Source of the DNA: Deltaproteobacteria bacterium
Lineage (GTDB): Bacteria; Myxococcota_A; UBA9160; SMWR01
Direction of reading: 5' to 3'
DNA: 63,199 nt
NCBI GenBank assembly: GCA_032128115.1
Contig: JAQBHB010000026.1
Coordinates: 1-63,199, forward strand
How positions within the stretch are numbered: the stretch's first letter is position 1; each line of letters starts with the position of its first letter. The notes beneath the pieces were generated by a model. The model had not been told where the DNA came from. It made no database searches and worked only from the letters and a program-made list of their open reading frames with translations. The position numbers were made by a program, and so were the translations under genes. Shown here one piece after another: positions 32,662 through 41,660 of the stretch.

Positions 32662-33193
32662 GAATCCCCCGGGACTGCTCCTGAAGATCGGCTACTGGCT
32701 GAGCCGGCGCCGCTTTGGTGCGGTGATCTCGCCACTCAAGGTGATCTACGCCCGCTCGCCGCGGCTGGCCCGCCTGGGATACCAGCTCGGCAGGACCCTG
32801 GAGTCGGGCCTCTCGTTCGAGCCGGAGCTCGTGCTCCTGGTATCCACCCAATCGTCGCTGATCAACGGCTGCACGTTCTGCGCCGACCTTCACCGCGCTC
32901 AGGCCGTTCAAGAAAAGATCGGTCTCGAGAAGTTCAAGCACCTGCTGGATCATGCAACCAGTCCGATCTTCAGTGATCGCGAACGCGCCGCCCTGACCTA
33001 CACCGAAGAGGTGACGCGCACCCGCAACGCCAGCGATGCCAGCTTCGCGGAGCTGCGGAAGCACTTCAACGAGCAGGAGATCGTGGAGCTCACGTGGCTG
33101 AATGCCGTTGGCAACTACTTCAACCTGATGGCGGTGCCGCTGGGTATCGAGTCCGACGATCTGGTGTCGCTGGCCATGGCCAGGGCGGGCTGA
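32642..33193 (+). CDS. AhpD / carboxymuconolactone decarboxylase family protein
   Basis: SLINGCTFCADLH (CxxC...H), FSDRERAAL, HFNEQEIVEL. Confidence 0.9.
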   Translation: MRLEPIENPPGLLLKIGYWLSRRRFGAVISPLKVIYARSPRLARLGYQLGRTLESGLSFEPELVLLVSTQSSLINGCTFCADLHRAQAVQEKIGLEKFKHLLDHATSPIFSDRERAALTYTEEVTRTRNASDASFAELRKHFNEQEIVELTWLNAVGNYFNLMAVPLGIESDDLVSLAMARAG

Positions 33194-33223
33194 TCGAATC
33201 CCGCCGGTGCTAGCGTTCCGCGC

Positions 33224-34123
33224 ATGGACGAGCACGCGATTCGGCACGAGGTGGTAGAGGCCAACGGTCTCTCGTTCCACGTGGCCTCGGCCGGGGAGGG
33301 GGACCGTCTGGCGCTCTGCCTGCACGGCTTTCCCGAGTTGTGGTACTCGTGGCGGCACCAGATTCCGCTACTCACCCGCCTGGGCTATCGGGTGTGGGCG
33401 CCCGACCTGCGGGGCTATGGCGAGACCGAGCGCCCGACGGACGTGGCTGCCTACGCCATCGAAACGCTGATGGAAGACGTGGCCGGCCTGATCGACGCGT
33501 CGGGCGCGGAATCGACGCTGCTCGTCGCTCACGACTGGGGCGCCATCATCGCGTGGTACTTCGCCATGCGACGGCCGCGCCCGCTCGAGCGCCTGGTGAT
33601 CATGAACCTTCCCCATCCGGGGGCCGCGCGCCCGGCGTTTCGCACCTGGGAGCAGCTCCGGCGCTCCTGGTACGTGTTCTTCTTCCAGCTGCCCTGGCTG
33701 CCCGAAGCCTTGATGGGTGCCGGCGATGCGCGTGCGGTGGGCGAGATGTTCCGCGGCTCTGGGCTCGACCCGGTACACCTACCCGACGAACTGTTGCGGA
33801 AGTATCGCGAGTCCGCCGCGCGCCCGGGGGCCATCAAGGCCATGCTCGACTACTACCGGGCCCTGATCCGCGGCGGTGGCATGCGCCGCCAGCGAGCGCT
33901 TGGCATTCCGGTGATCGAGACGCCGACCCTGATGCTGTGGGGCGAGGAAGACGTGGCCCTCAGCAAGCAGACCACGTATGGGACCGGCGACTACGTGAGA
34001 GATCTCACCCTGCGGTACCTTCCCGGCGTGTCCCACTGGGTGCAGCAACACGCGCCCGAGACGGTGAACGCGATGATGGAAGCCTGGCTAAGCGACCGGC
34101 CCGTTCCCGAGGCAGCCCCGTGA
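33224..34123 (+). CDS. Alpha/beta hydrolase, soluble epoxide hydrolase-like
   Basis: LHGFPELWYSWRHQ, AHDWGA nucleophile Asp, WGEED, SHWVQ. Confidence 0.92.
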   Translation: MDEHAIRHEVVEANGLSFHVASAGEGDRLALCLHGFPELWYSWRHQIPLLTRLGYRVWAPDLRGYGETERPTDVAAYAIETLMEDVAGLIDASGAESTLLVAHDWGAIIAWYFAMRRPRPLERLVIMNLPHPGAARPAFRTWEQLRRSWYVFFFQLPWLPEALMGAGDARAVGEMFRGSGLDPVHLPDELLRKYRESAARPGAIKAMLDYYRALIRGGGMRRQRALGIPVIETPTLMLWGEEDVALSKQTTYGTGDYVRDLTLRYLPGVSHWVQQHAPETVNAMMEAWLSDRPVPEAAP

Positions 34124-34698
34124 GCAGCCTGCAGGTGGGCGCGCCGGCACCGGACATCGAGTTGCTTGGCACGGGCGATCACCCGGTGCAGCTCGCCGAA
34201 CGCTGGCACGAGGGCCCCACCATCCTGGTGTTTCTGCGCCACTTTGGCTGACCCATCTGCCGCGAGCACCTGGTCGAGGTGCAACGACACCACGCCGAGA
34301 TCCAGGCCCGCGGCGCCCGGGTGCTGGCCGTGGGCCAGGGCACGGGGGACGAGGCGTCGACGTTCTGTCGCGAGCTGGGCATCGACTACCCCTGCATGGG
34401 AGACCCGGACAAGAAGTCCTACCGGGCATTCGAACTTCCCCGAGATGGCTGGTGGAACGTCACCGGCAAGCCCTTCCTGGAAGACACGCGACTCGCCTGG
34501 AGCCGGATCCGCTCTGCCAGCCTCAAGGGCTCACTCATGAAACACACGGATGTGCTGCAACTGGGGGGCGTGGTGATCGTCGACCGCCAGGGGATCGTGC
34601 GATTCCTGCACCGCTCGGCACGCACCGACGACCTGCCCGACGTCCGCGACGTGATCGCCCAGCTCGACCGCCTGGCGGACGACTCGAAAGACGCCTGA
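34120..34698 (+). CDS. Peroxiredoxin-like (AhpC/TSA, PRXL2-type) selenoprotein with Sec at codon 44 (UxxC)
   Basis: GTG at 34120 reads MSSLQVGAPAPD...ILVFLRHFG-TGA(34249-34251)-PICREHL... in frame through QLGGVVIVD to the stop at 34698; ORF track splits it. Confidence 0.88.
34266..34282 (+). promoter_or_regulatory. Bacterial SECIS-like stem-loop
   Basis: GCACCT-GGTCG-AGGTGC: perfect 6-bp stem, G-initiated loop beginning 20 nt after the UGA. Confidence 0.75.
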
Positions 34699-34766
34699 TT
34701 TCGCTGACTTGGGGTCGGCTTCTGCCGCCCTAAACCGCCAGCCCACGGCGACCGTTAAGAAGTGGG

Positions 34767-35423
34767 ATGGAGAAGAAGAGCGGGATCAGGAAATTCTTCT
34801 GGTTCGTGTTGACCGTGGCCTCGATCGCCGCCCTGGTGGTGGGCGTGGGGATCGTACGACCCGAGACGCCGGTGGCGGGGCTCGTGGCCGAGCGCGCCCT
34901 CATGATCGGCAAGGCGCTGCTGGGAGACTCGCGCTCCCAGGAGAACGTGGCCAAGATGGCCCGCAACGCCACGCCCGACAAGACGTACTACCAGTACACG
35001 ACCGACCGCGGACAGGTGCGCTTCGCCGAAAACCTGAGCGACGTGCCGCCCCAGTGGCGCAAGCGCGCGGGAACCGTGAGGATGGCAAGCCCGCCGCCGC
35101 TCACTCCCGGGGAGGCGGCCACCCAGCGCGAGGCCCAGACCATCGCCAACGCGCCGCCGCCCATTACCCGGGTTCCCACCGTGATCGTCTACACCGCCAG
35201 CTGGGACGACGGGTCCAAGAAGATGCTGAAGTGGCTCGAGAAGAACAAGATCGAGCACGACAACAAGGCCGTGGACGAGGGCGATCGAAACCGCCAGGAG
35301 CTCTTCGACAAGACCGGTGGCGACTTCATCCCCAGCTTCGACATCAACGGCAAGATCTACAAAGGCTTCTCGGCCGGTCGCTTCCGCAAGGCCTACAAAG
35401 AAGCCGCCACGCTCACGGACTAG
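34767..35423 (+). CDS. Membrane-anchored DUF4124-like + glutaredoxin/NrdH-like protein lacking cysteines
   Basis: N-terminal TM, YYQYTTDRGQVRF, then VIVYTASWDDGSKK...GGDFIPSFDING Grx-fold pattern. Confidence 0.75.
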   Translation: MEKKSGIRKFFWFVLTVASIAALVVGVGIVRPETPVAGLVAERALMIGKALLGDSRSQENVAKMARNATPDKTYYQYTTDRGQVRFAENLSDVPPQWRKRAGTVRMASPPPLTPGEAATQREAQTIANAPPPITRVPTVIVYTASWDDGSKKMLKWLEKNKIEHDNKAVDEGDRNRQELFDKTGGDFIPSFDINGKIYKGFSAGRFRKAYKEAATLTD

Positions 35424-37209
35424 CGACGGTCGCCTTGAACCGGGCGAGGCTGTCCGCCAGACCGCCCGGGCGGCTGCGGGACAGCCAGCAGTCGCGCTGG
35501 GCCTCCAGCAGCGCGGCCCGCTCGCGAGCGAGTTCCTCGGCGCCGACGCCGCCGAGGCCCGTCCGCATGGCCAGCGTGCGAAGCCCGTGGCGGGCCAGCT
35601 TGGCGGCGTGGGCAGATTCACGTACCAGGAGCGCACCATCTTCCACCCGGGGGTTGGCGCTCGCGAGCAGGGCTGCCGCGGCGTCGAGCCTTGCCAGGGC
35701 ATTCGCGTAGGCGTCGGCGCTCGGCACCGCCGGCCCAACGGGGAGGCCCGCGTCGACCAGGGCGTAGAAGAAGGCCGCACCGTTGGCCTGCATCACGCCC
35801 AGGGTGTCGGCGATGCTCCCGAGTTCGATAAGGCTGCGACCGAAGTGGTCCGACTCGTCGCCGACCAACGTGCTCACCGCATCGGCGAGCGCCGCGTCGG
35901 ACAGGTCGCCGTTGGAAGCACGGCACCACGTCACGCCGCCGCCGTAGGCCAGCGCGGGAAGCGTTGCGAAGGGCGGTTGCATGTGGCCGTTGTCGCCCCA
36001 TTCGGTCACGAGCACCGCTTCCGCCCCGTGAGCCAGACCCGACTCGACCGCATCGAGCAGGTTGCCGCACGCGTTTTGATGACGACCCACCAGCGAATTC
36101 CAGCCGCTGGTACCCGGCACAAGCCAGGTGCGGAAGCCCGCCGCGGCGAATGACTCGAGCCGCGGGCCGAAGCCGCGCGCACTCACGGTCAGGTATTCGC
36201 GGGCCGCTTCGCGAATGGACTCGGGCATGCTGTCGAAGTCGACTCTCGACAGATCCACTTGCGAGGGCGCCTCGTAGCCCCAGATGGCAGCGACCGCACC
36301 GGCGTCGGCGAGCGGCGCCGCCGCCTCGGGCGCCTTCTGCAACATGTCGGCCCAGAACTGTACCTGGTAGCCATCGGCCAGCAGCGGCTCTGCGATCCGC
36401 CGCAGGTGTTCGACGAACACGGCGGGCTTGCCGCGGGCGGCGACCTGGGCGGCGCTGGCTCCCTGGCCCAGCTCCCACACCTCGTCGCAGCCGATGTTGA
36501 CGCGGCGGCTCGTGAAGTGGGGGAGCAGCTCGCGCAGCAGCGAAAGCGCAAACTCCGCGTTCTCGGGCGTTGGGGCCAGCGCGGTGGGAGGTCGCCGGCG
36601 GCCCGCCTGCTCGAACCCGTCCGGACACTCGGCCCGCATCCGGTAGGGCTCGTGGCGCAGCCAGCGCTCCATGTGCCCAAAGGTGTTCTGGTTGGCGGCG
36701 AGCTCGATGCCGTGGTCGCTGCACAGCCGGTCGAGCCAGGCCACGTCGTTGGCCGTCAGCGGAGACGCCGCCCGCCATACGGGTTCGTGCCCGGTGTAGG
36801 CGAAGGTGTGCTCGATGTAGAGCTGAAGATGGTTGTAGCGCAACGCGCTGAGTCGACTCACCAGCCGCTCGAGGCACGCGCGGGCGGGCACCCGGTCGCG
36901 GCTCACATCGAGCATGTAGCCGCGAGTCGCGAAATCGGGCGAATCGTCGATGCGGCAGTTGGGGATCTCACCGCTCCGGGCGCGCAGCTGGTCCAGGACC
37001 TGGTGAGCGTAGCGTTGCCCCGAAGCGGAGCCGAAGGCCAGCTCGATGCTTCCGTCCCGAACCGTCAGCCGATACGCCTCGGGGCCCAGGTCGCCCGCTC
37101 GTTGCTCGCGCACGCGAGCCGACGCCGACGTCGTGCCTCCGAGCTTCGCAAGCGAACGCGGGCGCGGAAACAGGCTCTCGAGTCCTACTCGCTTCTCCCT
37201 GGAGCGCAC
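35413..37209 (-). CDS. Glycoside hydrolase family 20-like (beta-N-acetylhexosaminidase)
   Basis: EAYRLTV, IDDSPDFATRGYMLDVSRDRVP, NHLQLYIEHTF, FGHME, NIGCDE; start inferred at the TAGTG overlap. Confidence 0.85.
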   Translation of the reverse strand: MRSREKRVGLESLFPRPRSLAKLGGTTSASARVREQRAGDLGPEAYRLTVRDGSIELAFGSASGQRYAHQVLDQLRARSGEIPNCRIDDSPDFATRGYMLDVSRDRVPARACLERLVSRLSALRYNHLQLYIEHTFAYTGHEPVWRAASPLTANDVAWLDRLCSDHGIELAANQNTFGHMERWLRHEPYRMRAECPDGFEQAGRRRPPTALAPTPENAEFALSLLRELLPHFTSRRVNIGCDEVWELGQGASAAQVAARGKPAVFVEHLRRIAEPLLADGYQVQFWADMLQKAPEAAAPLADAGAVAAIWGYEAPSQVDLSRVDFDSMPESIREAAREYLTVSARGFGPRLESFAAAGFRTWLVPGTSGWNSLVGRHQNACGNLLDAVESGLAHGAEAVLVTEWGDNGHMQPPFATLPALAYGGGVTWCRASNGDLSDAALADAVSTLVGDESDHFGRSLIELGSIADTLGVMQANGAAFFYALVDAGLPVGPAVPSADAYANALARLDAAAALLASANPRVEDGALLVRESAHAAKLARHGLRTLAMRTGLGGVGAEELARERAALLEAQRDCWLSRSRPGGLADSLARFKATVASP

Positions 37210-38192
37210 TAGAGCGCGATCACGCCCACGCCGGGGTGGATGCGACCGCCTGACTCGTAGTACTCGATCAGGGCGCGCTCGACCCGGGTCCGTCGCGGCA
37301 GCTGCGAGAGGTCCGGGTCGTCGGCTCGATCCAGGTCGGGGCGGTAGAAGACGAACTCGAAGACCAGGCCGGGGCTGTTCCGATCGACGGTCACCCGCTG
37401 GAAGCGTCGCTGGAACTGCACGATGTTCGAGGTCTCGGGCAGGATCTCCGCAAGCTGCGGATCGAGGAGCCACGAAGAGCACACGAACCAGCGGGCGCCG
37501 TCCGCGGGAAAGTGGCGCGCAAAGAATTCGCGGGCCGCCGCAAAGCTCTCGTCGCACGCCTCGGGAAACAGGCGACCGTCCTCGGGAATGTGGACGTCGA
37601 GTACGGCGGTGCCCGCCGGGATCAGGTCGCCCAGGTGTTTTGGCCAGGCGCGCTGGAACTGCAGACGGCCCAGCCGGAACAGGTGGCTCGCCAGGTGGTG
37701 CGTGATCCAATGGCCCTTGCCCATGCCCGGGTCGCCGTAGAGCCGATGGTGAAGCCGGACCTGCTGCCCGATGTCCCACAGGGTGGCCGTCGTGATCTCG
37801 GCGTCGACTCCGAGCCCGTCGTTTCGCGCGCGGGTGCGGGGCGTCACGCCCATCGCTGCATAGGCATAGAGAAGAGGACACGCACCGGGCGGCGGTGGCC
37901 AGCCCAGCGCCAGGTAGCCACCCGGCGTGTAGCGCTCGGCCTGCAGCCACTGGGCGTGGGCGGCCAGGCGACGCACGCGAGGCTCGTCGAGGCTGGCCCG
38001 GTGATCCACCAGGATTCGCGTGGCACTTTCGGGGAAACCGAGCTCTTGGCAACGGTTCGCCAGCTCACCAGCCGCGGGCACCTGGAGGTCGGCCGTGTCG
38101 AGCAGGGGTTCCGAGGCCGCGAAGCCGGCGCGCCAGGCCTCGTACCAGATCGGCTCCTCCACAACGCTGCAGGCGTCTTCGAAGGAAAGCAT
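37209..38192 (-). CDS. Acyltransferase-domain protein (DUF5596 / GNAT-like C-terminal, Dbv8/Orf11-like family)
   Basis: LFRLGRLQF, LDVHIP, CSSWLLDPQL, SNIVQFQ motifs. Confidence 0.75.
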   Translation of the reverse strand: MLSFEDACSVVEEPIWYEAWRAGFAASEPLLDTADLQVPAAGELANRCQELGFPESATRILVDHRASLDEPRVRRLAAHAQWLQAERYTPGGYLALGWPPPPGACPLLYAYAAMGVTPRTRARNDGLGVDAEITTATLWDIGQQVRLHHRLYGDPGMGKGHWITHHLASHLFRLGRLQFQRAWPKHLGDLIPAGTAVLDVHIPEDGRLFPEACDESFAAAREFFARHFPADGARWFVCSSWLLDPQLAEILPETSNIVQFQRRFQRVTVDRNSPGLVFEFVFYRPDLDRADDPDLSQLPRRTRVERALIEYYESGGRIHPGVGVIAL

Positions 38193-38204
38193 GCCGCACC
38201 CAGC

Positions 38205-39305
38205 CTAGCGCTGGCCCAACAGGGTGGGCGGATCCAGGCGAAAGAACCAGATGGGGCCGCCGAGCGAAACGTCGAAGCCGTACTTGGCGTTCATGGCGTC
38301 GAGCAGCGTGCGGGTCCGTTCGGGGGATCCCACGTAGTGGGCCCGGCGGGCGTAGACCTGGTCGTTGGCCAATCGGACCCGGACGGCGTCGTGGGCGCGC
38401 ACGCTTCGGGGCCAGCGCTTGTCTTCGGGCATGTTGGCGGCCACGTAGAGGGAACCCTCGTGCACCAGAACCAGGGTCTGGAGCGTCCTGGGTCGATCGG
38501 GCTCCACTTCGAGCTCGGCATAACGCAGCGTTTCGGCGGCGTTCCAGTCGTCGGGGGCGGAGGTTGCCGCGGCGCGGAAGGCTCCGCCCGGCACCGGGCC
38601 GAAGGGGCCGTCGGCATGGCGCGCGAGGGCCAGCAGGTGGGCGATGGCCAGCAGGGGAACGATCAAGACCACGGTCGCTTTTGCACCGCGGGAGGCGGGA
38701 CCTCCGGCGGCGCGCGCCACTGCGAGCAGCGCCACGGGAATCAGCGCGAGCGCGCAGCCTGCGATCGTCAACATGCGCGCGGGTCCGATGGGAAGCGGGA
38801 CGATCCGCTCCATCAGGAGCTGGAGTAGAGGCAGGGCTACGAAGAGCGAGCCCCCGATCCGGGCCGCCCGGACTGCTCGACTGCTGCCCGCCGGCTCGGG
38901 CGCGACGGGAGCGCCGCCGAGCCGGCGCACACCGATGGCTTGCAGCACCGCGAAAACGAGTACGATGTTCGCAACCCCCAGCGCTGCGGTGGCGCCGGCG
39001 CGCGTGAAGATGTCGGCGTACACCAGCGCGACGGTGCCCAGCACCCAGATCCCATCGAGCCCGACCACGACCCTTGCCAGCGTTGCCGAGAGCCGGGCTC
39101 GAGACGCCAGGGTGAACAGTGCGGCGGCGAAGCCCAACAGGTTCAGGCCCACCCCGGTTACGAGCAGCGGCGGCTCGACCCCGAGAAACCCGGCCACCCG
39201 CGAGCCCGCCAGCGTGAAGAACGCACCCGACAGGGCGGAGAAGAGGGCGTTGGCGCGCAGGCTCTTGCGCAGGAACTCCGAGGGGTCGTGGCTGGATGCG
39301 GTCAT
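38205..39305 (-). CDS. Membrane protein with a C-terminal soluble domain (possibly DUF2255-like)
   Basis: N-terminal LRANALFS multi-TM region; C-terminal DGPFGPVPGG...EGSLYV...MNAKYG; overlaps the TetR stop. Confidence 0.55.
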   Translation of the reverse strand: MTASSHDPSEFLRKSLRANALFSALSGAFFTLAGSRVAGFLGVEPPLLVTGVGLNLLGFAAALFTLASRARLSATLARVVVGLDGIWVLGTVALVYADIFTRAGATAALGVANIVLVFAVLQAIGVRRLGGAPVAPEPAGSSRAVRAARIGGSLFVALPLLQLLMERIVPLPIGPARMLTIAGCALALIPVALLAVARAAGGPASRGAKATVVLIVPLLAIAHLLALARHADGPFGPVPGGAFRAAATSAPDDWNAAETLRYAELEVEPDRPRTLQTLVLVHEGSLYVAANMPEDKRWPRSVRAHDAVRVRLANDQVYARRAHYVGSPERTRTLLDAMNAKYGFDVSLGGPIWFFRLDPPTLLGQR

Positions 39306-39922
39306 CGGGAGATCTCCTGTTGCGGGATTGCGGCGCGCTCGAGCAGCTCGTCGAGGGCGCGCCGCGCCAGGCGGAACGCCCCGGCATCGTCGAGTAATTC
39401 ACAGCGCAGGTTGGCTTCCTGGGCCAGGGCATGCAGCGAGAAGGCCAGCGCGTCGGGCGTGACGCCGGGGCACAGCTCGCCGAGCCTGGCAGCCAGCCGC
39501 GCCTGCTCTTCCAGCGAATGGACGAAGCGGCCCGTGTGGCGAGCGATGGCCTCGCGAACCGCACCGGGACGCCCACTGAAATCGTGGCCGGCGGCCGCGA
39601 AGAAGCAGCCGCCCCGGTAGTCGATGGCCTCCAGGTGATCGAGCCAGGCGTGGCCAAGCGCCCGCAACCGGTCGAGCCCGGGCTCACTCGATTCCACGGC
39701 CGCCCCCAGCGGGTCGGCGTAGGCCGCCGCCGCGGCCTCGACCGCCGCCAGCTGCAGGGCCTGCTTGGAATCGAAGTGGGCCGCTACGCCCGGCTTGCTG
39801 AGCCCGACTTCGCTTGCAATCCGGCTCAAGGACAGGCTCTCGAGGCCCTCCGCCGTGCTGAGATCGACCGCCGCGGCTGCGATCTGGCGCCGGCGCCGGG
39901 CGCCGTGTGTCTCCTGGGGCAT
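39302..39922 (-). CDS. TetR/AcrR family transcriptional regulator
   Basis: HTH GLESLSLSRIASEVGLSKPGVAAHFDSKQAL; GGCFF C-terminal motif. Confidence 0.95.
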   Translation of the reverse strand: MPQETHGARRRRQIAAAAVDLSTAEGLESLSLSRIASEVGLSKPGVAAHFDSKQALQLAAVEAAAAAYADPLGAAVESSEPGLDRLRALGHAWLDHLEAIDYRGGCFFAAAGHDFSGRPGAVREAIARHTGRFVHSLEEQARLAARLGELCPGVTPDALAFSLHALAQEANLRCELLDDAGAFRLARRALDELLERAAIPQQEISR

Positions 39923-39934
39923 GAATCCCAGTAT

Positions 39935-39972
39935 ATACGATCATCTGTTATTTACAATACGACTGTATGTTT
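39935..39972. promoter_or_regulatory. Putative TetR operator pair in an AT-rich divergent promoter
   Basis: ATACGATCATCTGTTA (39935) and ATACGACTGTATGTTT (39957), 22 bp apart, between divergent genes. Confidence 0.55.
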
Positions 39973-40031
39973 CTCGAATTGGCGGGTTGGAATGCTCGAC
40001 GCTCCGGCGGCTCCTGCACTACAAGAGAGAG

Positions 40032-41651
40032 ATGAGTCTTCGAGGAACCGGCGCAGGCGGACGCATCCAGAGGCTGGCCGAGGTGGTGCGGGTGCTCGGG
40101 GGGGCGGGCTTCCTGAACCCCCGCTTCCTGGCCACGCTCGGACCCGCCGCCCGGAAGTTCGGAACCACAGCGGCGGCTGGCTTTCACGCGGCCGCCTCGC
40201 GCAACCCGAACGGCACGGCCGTGATCGACGACGCCGGCAGCCTGACCTTCAGCGAACTCGAGCGCTCGACCAACGCCATCGCCCGGGGCCTCGCGGCCGC
40301 CGGGGTGAAGCCGGGCGACGGCGTGGCGCTATTCGCCCGCAACCACCGCGGCTTCGTACAGGCCCAGGTGGCCCTGGAAAAGCTCGGCGCCAACACCCTG
40401 CTCCTGAACACGGGTTTCGCCGCGCCCCAGCTGAAGGAGGTGTGCGCCCGGGAGGGCACGCGCGTCCTGCTCCACGATGAGGAATTCGGACCGATCGTGG
40501 ACGGCGGCGCCAGCGAACTGACCCGATTCGTGACCTGGTCGGAGGGCGCCGTCCCGGGAACGACCTTCGCCGAGCTGGCGGCGTCCCACGATGACGCTGC
40601 GCTCGAACCGCCGTCCCAGCCGGGGCGCGTCACCATCCTCACCTCGGGAACCACCGGCACTCCCAAGGGCGCCCAACGCACCATGAAGCGAACCAGCGTG
40701 GACACGCTCGTGGGTCTGTTTGGTCGCATGCCCCTGAGAACCGGTCTCCGAACCCTCATCGTGGCGCCCACCTTCCATTCCTGGGGCGGCCTCCACCTGT
40801 TGCTTGGCGCCCAGCTCGGTTGCACGATCTGCCTACTCCGGCGCTTCGATCCCGAGGCCACGCTTGCTGCGATCGATCAACTTCGACCCCAAGCCCTGGT
40901 GGTGGTGCCGGTCATGATGCAGCGGATTCTCGATCTCGGGCCCGACCTGATCGGCCGCTACGAAACCTCCTCGGTCGAGATGGTGTGTGCCAGCGGATCC
41001 ACCCTGCCCGGCGAACTCGCGCTTCGTTGGATGGATACCTTCGGAGACAACATCTACAACCTGTACGGATCGACGGAGGTGGCTCACGCCTCGATCGCCA
41101 TGCCCGACGAACTTCGCGCCGTGCCTGGCACGGCCGGCCGGGCTCCACGCGGCGTCATCGTGCGCACGCTCGACGACCAGGGTCGCGAGGTTCCGGCGGG
41201 GACCACCGGAAGGATCTTCGTCGGAAACGACGCCCGGTTCGACGGCTACACCGGCGGCGGCAACAAGGAGATCATCGACGGCCTGATGTCGAGCGGCGAC
41301 GTGGGCCACTTCGACGAGCAGGGTCTGCTGTTCGTCGATGGCCGCGACGACGACATGATCATCTCCGGCGGTGAGAACGTCTTTCCCCGCGAGGTGGAAG
41401 ACCTGCTCGCGGATCACGACGACGTGGTGGAGGCGGCGGTGATTGGCGTCGCGGACCAGGAGTTCGGCCAGCGCCTCAAGGGCTTCGTGGTGCTCAGGGA
41501 GGGGGCGAGCGCCGACGAGTCGTCCCTCAAGACCTACGTGAAGAACAACCTGGCCCGCTACAAGGTTCCGCGCGACATCGTGTTCCTGGAGGCACTTCCC
41601 CGCAATCCCACCGGCAAGGTGATCAAGCGCGCGCTGGCGGAGCGGAGCTGA
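40032..41651 (+). CDS. Acyl-CoA synthetase (AMP-binding)
   Basis: LTSGTTGTPKG, YGSTE, SGDVG, DGRDDDMIISGGENVFP, PRNPTGK. Confidence 0.95.
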   Translation: MSLRGTGAGGRIQRLAEVVRVLGGAGFLNPRFLATLGPAARKFGTTAAAGFHAAASRNPNGTAVIDDAGSLTFSELERSTNAIARGLAAAGVKPGDGVALFARNHRGFVQAQVALEKLGANTLLLNTGFAAPQLKEVCAREGTRVLLHDEEFGPIVDGGASELTRFVTWSEGAVPGTTFAELAASHDDAALEPPSQPGRVTILTSGTTGTPKGAQRTMKRTSVDTLVGLFGRMPLRTGLRTLIVAPTFHSWGGLHLLLGAQLGCTICLLRRFDPEATLAAIDQLRPQALVVVPVMMQRILDLGPDLIGRYETSSVEMVCASGSTLPGELALRWMDTFGDNIYNLYGSTEVAHASIAMPDELRAVPGTAGRAPRGVIVRTLDDQGREVPAGTTGRIFVGNDARFDGYTGGGNKEIIDGLMSSGDVGHFDEQGLLFVDGRDDDMIISGGENVFPREVEDLLADHDDVVEAAVIGVADQEFGQRLKGFVVLREGASADESSLKTYVKNNLARYKVPRDIVFLEALPRNPTGKVIKRALAERS

Positions 41652-41660
41652 AACCAGCCG

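Noticed and set aside
33273..33284. Partial parS CGTTCCACGTGG in the hydrolase gene
   Set aside because: Right arm is broken and the sequence is explained by S-F-H-V codons
34279..34698. 139-aa ORF as a complete gene, or a nonsense pseudogene
   Set aside because: The upstream in-frame sequence carries the family N-terminus, the TGA falls at the catalytic Cys position, and a SECIS-like hairpin follows; Sec recoding fits better
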